From NCBI GenBank assembly GCA_044226015.1, contig JBGAHS010000010.1, positions 96,001 to 160,000 of the forward strand: a stretch of DNA of 64,000 bases, written 5' to 3'. Below, piece after piece: positions 59,493 through 64,000 of the stretch. How positions within the stretch are numbered: the first letter of the stretch is position 1; each line of letters begins with the position of its first letter. Source of the DNA: Candidatus Obscuribacteraceae bacterium. GTDB lineage: Bacteria > Cyanobacteriota > Vampirovibrionia > Obscuribacterales > Obscuribacteraceae. Under the pieces are notes generated by a model. It made no database searches and was not told the DNA's origin. It worked only from the letters and a program-made list of their open reading frames with translations. The translations under genes and the position numbers were made by a program.

Positions 59493-60062
59493 TCAGTTTG
59501 GTTTTTCTCGATTGGTGTTCAAATAGTCCTTAGCATTCTCGAATAGTTCTTCGAGCGGGACATGATCTGTGGAGTCGTTTTTGTTTTTTAGCTGATCTTC
59601 AATTCGCTTTTCGCATTCTTCTGTAAGAATTCGCTGTGCACCTGAATTGCTGATGGCAGCATTTCTCTCACATGACCTGCTTACGTGGTTGAAGTCTTGC
59701 CAGAAATCATCCAGTTCATCTGGTTTATCCACTTGCTTGCTAGGGGGTGAATCCCAGATACGTTCAAAGTGAGCCAGCGAGATGTTCTTGCCTGCGGATT
59801 TAGCAACTGTGTCGTAGGGGTTATATACCAGTGGAGCGTTTTTGTTAGTTACCCCTTTGTTGCAAACAAACCAGTGGTTAAGAGCTGCATCTGTGACCAT
59901 TCTGTTGCGTTTTACATTCTCTACTGATTGGGCAGAGCGCCAGGTGTTGGTTCTTACAAGAGCATCAGCATCTGCTGTCGTTTGCTCTGTTTCTTTTGTT
60001 GCTTTGGAAGTACTAATGAGTTTTGGAAATACATCTATGATCTGCTGAAAAAGCCCTGTCAT
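59493..60062 (-). CDS. Hypothetical protein, probably co-transcribed with the M48 protease
   Basis: 189-aa ORF with GGAGAG Shine-Dalgarno; 7-bp gap to the next gene. Confidence 0.68.
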   Translation of the reverse strand: MTGLFQQIIDVFPKLISTSKATKETEQTTADADALVRTNTWRSAQSVENVKRNRMVTDAALNHWFVCNKGVTNKNAPLVYNPYDTVAKSAGKNISLAHFERIWDSPPSKQVDKPDELDDFWQDFNHVSRSCERNAAISNSGAQRILTEECEKRIEDQLKNKNDSTDHVPLEELFENAKDYLNTNREKPN

Positions 60063-60322
60063 GATTTGCTCTCCGCAATGAGATTGGTAAAATGAGCTAG
60101 ATGGGAAATCTAGTTCAACTGCGGTTTCCTGTATCTTTCTGTGGGATTCATGACGCCGTCCAGCTCAGCCGGTTCCGCAATTTTTGTAAGTTAATTTGCT
60201 GATTTTAGTGTTCGGAATTTGCCTCCTTCCATCCATTAATCAGATGAGGACAAAAGAAAGGGCTCCAACAATTGGAACCCTTTTCTATTTCTTGGAACCC
60301 GGGGGATTCGATTGAAATATAT

Positions 60323-61135
60323 CTAGTGTTTTTCGTAGCGCTCAAGCTGAGTAGCGACCTTGTCCATAGCAACGTAAATCAAGCGCGCTTCGTGATCAGT
60401 CATCGCACCTTTGACTCGGAATGCGTCTTCTTGTGCTGCTATATTGTTGAGTTCGGCTCGAAGCAAGTTACACTCGTCACTTGTTATTCGTCCTTGCGCA
60501 TACTTATCTAGAATCTTGATTTCAAGATTGACACGGCGCACAGCTGGCTCGTCCAACTGAATTACGCGACCGTTTATAATCGTGAAGTGTGTGCCTTCAA
60601 TGATTGGTACATATGTAAGGGTTGTAATTACTGGTTTCATTCTCACAGCGAGAATGTCCAGATCTTGTCCAACTACTATTGAACGGCTCAGGCTCGGTGC
60701 GCCTTGTCCTTTCAAGAATGCAATTTCAGCTCCGATGCGATCTAACTCGCGGCGGAAATCAGCTGCTTGTGTTTCACTTAGAGATCCGGCAGAACGTGCG
60801 TCTACAATCGCTTTGTCCAGAACAGCGCGTCTGTCATCAACTGTTTGAAGAACAATTTGTGCGTCGCTGACAGTGATAGGTACTACTTTCGTGTTCACTG
60901 TCACTACCTTGTTAACAGGAACGACCATACCGGGTGCTACCGGTACACCTTCGACTACAGCCTCTCTTTCGATGACTGTTTTTTGTTCAGTTACAGGTAC
61001 CGTTGATGTGCTGGTTGTTTCTGTTGTAGTTCTGGTCACTTGCATAATTTCGTCAGCGCAAACGCGCGGTGCAAGCGATATGCTGCCGGCTATAGCGACG
61101 GCGATTGTTATGGCTGTGTAGAACAGTTTTTGCAT
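60323..61135 (-). CDS. Secreted hypothetical protein with two similar helical modules
   Basis: Signal peptide; G.LS..QA..FRRELDRI and G.IT..EC..LRAELNNI. Confidence 0.75.
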   Translation of the reverse strand: MQKLFYTAITIAVAIAGSISLAPRVCADEIMQVTRTTTETTSTSTVPVTEQKTVIEREAVVEGVPVAPGMVVPVNKVVTVNTKVVPITVSDAQIVLQTVDDRRAVLDKAIVDARSAGSLSETQAADFRRELDRIGAEIAFLKGQGAPSLSRSIVVGQDLDILAVRMKPVITTLTYVPIIEGTHFTIINGRVIQLDEPAVRRVNLEIKILDKYAQGRITSDECNLLRAELNNIAAQEDAFRVKGAMTDHEARLIYVAMDKVATQLERYEKH

Positions 61136-61282
61136 TTCATAATCCTCTTTGTATAGCCGCAATGGCTTTAATGCTCATTGTGTTGCCGCTTGTGAGACTA
61201 AGCAAAATTGGCAAAGTTCCTGCATCGCAATCTGTTTTTACAAATGAAAAATCAGACTAACCATTACAAAAAAGGTAAACGA

Positions 61283-63145
61283 TTACTCAATTTTTTTTGT
61301 TTTCAGCTTTTGTATCTTGTCCAAGGTTTCTTGTGCCAGGGTAATATTGCTATCAATAGCCAACGCTCGTTGCGAGAGTTCTTCAGCTTCTGCGATTTTT
61401 CCCTGTTGAAAGCGAATCGCACCTTGTAATGACAGTACATGCGCGTTAGTGCCGCGAAATGAAGCCGCTATTGCAGCGGCTTCATCAGCTTCCTTGATGT
61501 GCCCTAAAGCTAGTTGCGCACGTGCCAGGTTATGAAAGGCTTGATAATTTGGTTTACTCTTCAATGATTCCTTTGCATATCGAATTGCTTCTTCAAATCT
61601 GTTCATTCGAACATTCAAGTGGGCCATTTGATTGTATGTGTCGTATGCTGGGCTCATTGCTAGCGCTATCTTGGCTGATTTTTCAGACTGTTCCAGGTCT
61701 CCAAGCTTTGCTAGAGCAATTGATTTGTTAAGATACGCCGCGGCGTTGTTGTTATGGTCATTGTTCGGATTGAGTTCAATTGCTTTATCGCAGTCCTCAA
61801 TTCCTTTTTTGTAATTGTCCAGGCAGTTTTCAGCTGCAGACGCTTGTATCCAGGCTTGATGCGTAGTTGGAGCCAGCTTAATTGCTGCATAAGCATCATC
61901 ACGTGCTGCGGCGTATGCCCCCATCCTGAGGTTCGAAGCGGAGCGCCATATGTAGGCCATCACATCGGTTGGATTTATTTGCAAGGCTTTTGTGTAGTCA
62001 ACGACGGCCTTTCGATCCTCACCAAGTCTTTCGAATAGTCTGCCTCTGCTGATATATGCTTCGGCGACGCCAGGGTTACATGTAACACGCCAGTTCGCTC
62101 TGTCGAGCTCATTCATGAATGCAAATCGTGCAAAAATTCCAGTGGCTAGCAGAATACAAATCAGAGCGAAAATTTGCACATTACGCTTGTCTTTGTCCTT
62201 GATTGAGAGTGACGAACGTTTCTTTCCGTAAGCGGGTTTCTCGCCACGTTTTACACGCTCTAAATCATCTTTCAGGTCGCGAACACTCTGGTAGCGCTGA
62301 TCTGGGTCGCGCTCGAGGCATCGGATAATAACTGACTTTAGTTCACCAGATATGGTGCGATTTTTAAATTCCGCTGGGCTTTCGTTTAGCTTCTTCATAA
62401 GTAGCGGTAGAGCTGCATCTGCCTCGAATGGTAATTTCCCATTAACAAGTTCGTACATCAGTACGCCGAGTGAGTAGATATCAGTTGTTTCTTTAAGTTT
62501 TCGTCCTTCAATTTGTTCGGGGCTCATGTAGGCGGGGCTGCCGACGGTGTCGCCGGTTTTTGTGAGCGTTGGCGATGATTCTTCTCGTTCAATTGATTTT
62601 GCTATTCCAAAATCAATGAGCTTGCACGTTTCATTATCGCCTGAGCTTTTGACTAACACATTTGAAGGCTTTATGTCTCGATGTAGAATTCCATTTGAGT
62701 GGGCACAATCCAGAGCATCGCAAAGCTGGGTTGAGATATTGAGTATTCTGTTTATTCCTATTTCTTGTGAATTCTTCAACTCATCCGAGAGGTTTCTGCC
62801 CTGAACATACTCCATCACGATGAAAGGTCGGCCGTCTTCGGTTATGCCAAAGTCATTGATTGAAGCGAGGTTAGGATGCTTTAACTTTAAGGCTGTTTTT
62901 GCTTCAGATTTGAAGCGTTCGAAATCTGAAGAACGAACATTGTCTTTTGCCAGAAACTTTATCGCGCAGTCTTCATCGATTAGCACGTGACGCGCCTTGT
63001 AAACCTGACCCATTCCGCCATGCCCAATAATAGATTCAATAAGATAGTGACCACCAATGGTCTTACCAATAACAGAATCTTCTGGTTCGGATATTTCTAA
63101 GAGGTCGATTTTGGACTCAAGGTCTTCTTTGAATGGTTCTGACAT
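61283..63145 (-). CDS. Hanks-type Ser/Thr protein kinase with a TM segment and TPRs
   Basis: GHGGMGQVY, AIK, HRDIKPSN, DFG and GSPAYMSPEQ motifs; TPRs. Confidence 0.94.
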   Translation of the reverse strand: MSEPFKEDLESKIDLLEISEPEDSVIGKTIGGHYLIESIIGHGGMGQVYKARHVLIDEDCAIKFLAKDNVRSSDFERFKSEAKTALKLKHPNLASINDFGITEDGRPFIVMEYVQGRNLSDELKNSQEIGINRILNISTQLCDALDCAHSNGILHRDIKPSNVLVKSSGDNETCKLIDFGIAKSIEREESSPTLTKTGDTVGSPAYMSPEQIEGRKLKETTDIYSLGVLMYELVNGKLPFEADAALPLLMKKLNESPAEFKNRTISGELKSVIIRCLERDPDQRYQSVRDLKDDLERVKRGEKPAYGKKRSSLSIKDKDKRNVQIFALICILLATGIFARFAFMNELDRANWRVTCNPGVAEAYISRGRLFERLGEDRKAVVDYTKALQINPTDVMAYIWRSASNLRMGAYAAARDDAYAAIKLAPTTHQAWIQASAAENCLDNYKKGIEDCDKAIELNPNNDHNNNAAAYLNKSIALAKLGDLEQSEKSAKIALAMSPAYDTYNQMAHLNVRMNRFEEAIRYAKESLKSKPNYQAFHNLARAQLALGHIKEADEAAAIAASFRGTNAHVLSLQGAIRFQQGKIAEAEELSQRALAIDSNITLAQETLDKIQKLKTKKIE

Positions 63146-63197
63146 GAAATCTGCCGACGAGTATTAGAACCATTATATACAAAGAACGAATCTAGAC

Positions 63198-64000
63198 CTA
63201 ATGTCCTCGCTTACCTACTTCGAAGACACCTAATACAGCGCGGTGGTCAGATGGGTATGGCGTTACGACAATATCAGCGGATTGTTTGTCTTCGCCTATT
63301 ACGTCCACTTCTTTTGCTTTTATACCTTTGCCACGATAGAGGATGAAGTCAATGCGATCATGATGGTCTTTGGGATCATCTCCCTTTGTAGTAGGTGTCC
63401 AGGTGTAGCCAGGGTTTGCAATCTCATCGGGATGCGTTTCTCTGTAAGAGTCTTTGAATCCGTCATCGGCAAAAGCCTTGCTTGCGGGCCATTCTACTTT
63501 GATAGGGTGTCGTCCGGCTTTTGCTGCAGCTTCAGTCCAATCCAAGTGAGATGGCTCATTGAAATCGCCTACAAGTATGGTCGGTAAGCCCAGGTCTTTG
63601 AGGGAATCGATATCTTTTCTGACATCATCAACGTCTTTTTTTCTTGCTTTGTTTGCCTCTGAGATAGCCTCTTGTTCTGTCTTTATCAGAGCACCATTCT
63701 CATATGGAATGCCAAGTAATTGATAGGGTTGATACGGCGCATAGTAGAGGTGCTTGTCAAAGAACGCCACCTTATGACCATGCGCTGTGTGAGTTATTAT
63801 GCCATCGCCACCAGGAGTGGTGCCGTCTATATCTAGCTTTGTTAGTATCGCTCCGTGCCCAGTCTTTTGGATGAATTTGTAGCCGCTAGCGTTTGCTATT
63901 TTCTCAGTTACCTGGTTCGACTCTTGCAAGCCAACAATGTCTGCGTCGCTTTTCTTGATGAGGTCAATTACCCCTTCTATACCGAGGTGACCGTCCACTG
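63198..64000 (-). CDS. Endonuclease/exonuclease/phosphatase family protein (5' end outside the window)
   Basis: ADIVGLQE, GDFNEPSHLDW, DSYR..HP, GYTW, RIDFI and SDH motifs. Confidence 0.9.
   Translation of the reverse strand, partial: VDGHLGIEGVIDLIKKSDADIVGLQESNQVTEKIANASGYKFIQKTGHGAILTKLDIDGTTPGGDGIITHTAHGHKVAFFDKHLYYAPYQPYQLLGIPYENGALIKTEQEAISEANKARKKDVDDVRKDIDSLKDLGLPTILVGDFNEPSHLDWTEAAAKAGRHPIKVEWPASKAFADDGFKDSYRETHPDEIANPGYTWTPTTKGDDPKDHHDRIDFILYRGKGIKAKEVDVIGEDKQSADIVVTPYPSDHRAVLGVFEVGKRGH

Overview
A 64-kb bacterial chromosomal segment of about 45% GC (estimated by eye). The gene content suggests a non-photosynthetic Cyanobacteria relative such as Melainabacteria/Obscuribacterales; this is an inference from the Ser/Thr kinase-TPR proteins, the TPR/caspase pair, many orphan proteins and a Rieske/cytochrome b operon linked to a bd-like oxidase. 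The window holds about 40 CDSs, including a RecD2 C-terminus, TetR and ArsR regulators, rhodanese, alpha/beta-hydrolases, an acyl-CoA dehydrogenase-like enzyme, a Tat-signal 8-oxoguanine deaminase-like enzyme, a SWIM-SNF2 helicase, a PAS histidine kinase, two GT-C glycosyltransferases, YbaK, alpha-2-macroglobulin, ChdC/HemQ, a heme dioxygenase, an M48 protease and an EEP-family protein, plus one tRNA-Arg(ACG). I found no transposase, integrase or cas gene. The most unusual signals are: (1) four SD-equipped, (A/G)TGA-coupled 19-20 aa mini-ORFs chained between two glycosyltransferase genes; (2) five tandem arrays that share a hairpin core but differ in unit length; (3) several arrays that appear to be amplified gene 3' ends; (4) an alpha-dioxygenase-like protein with a degenerate caleosin-like C-terminus; (5) a secreted TPR-caspase gene split by a -1 frameshift at G AAA AAG; (6) a shared LxxE N-terminal motif in orphan proteins that lack signal peptides. 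All calls come from motif reading; no database search was run.
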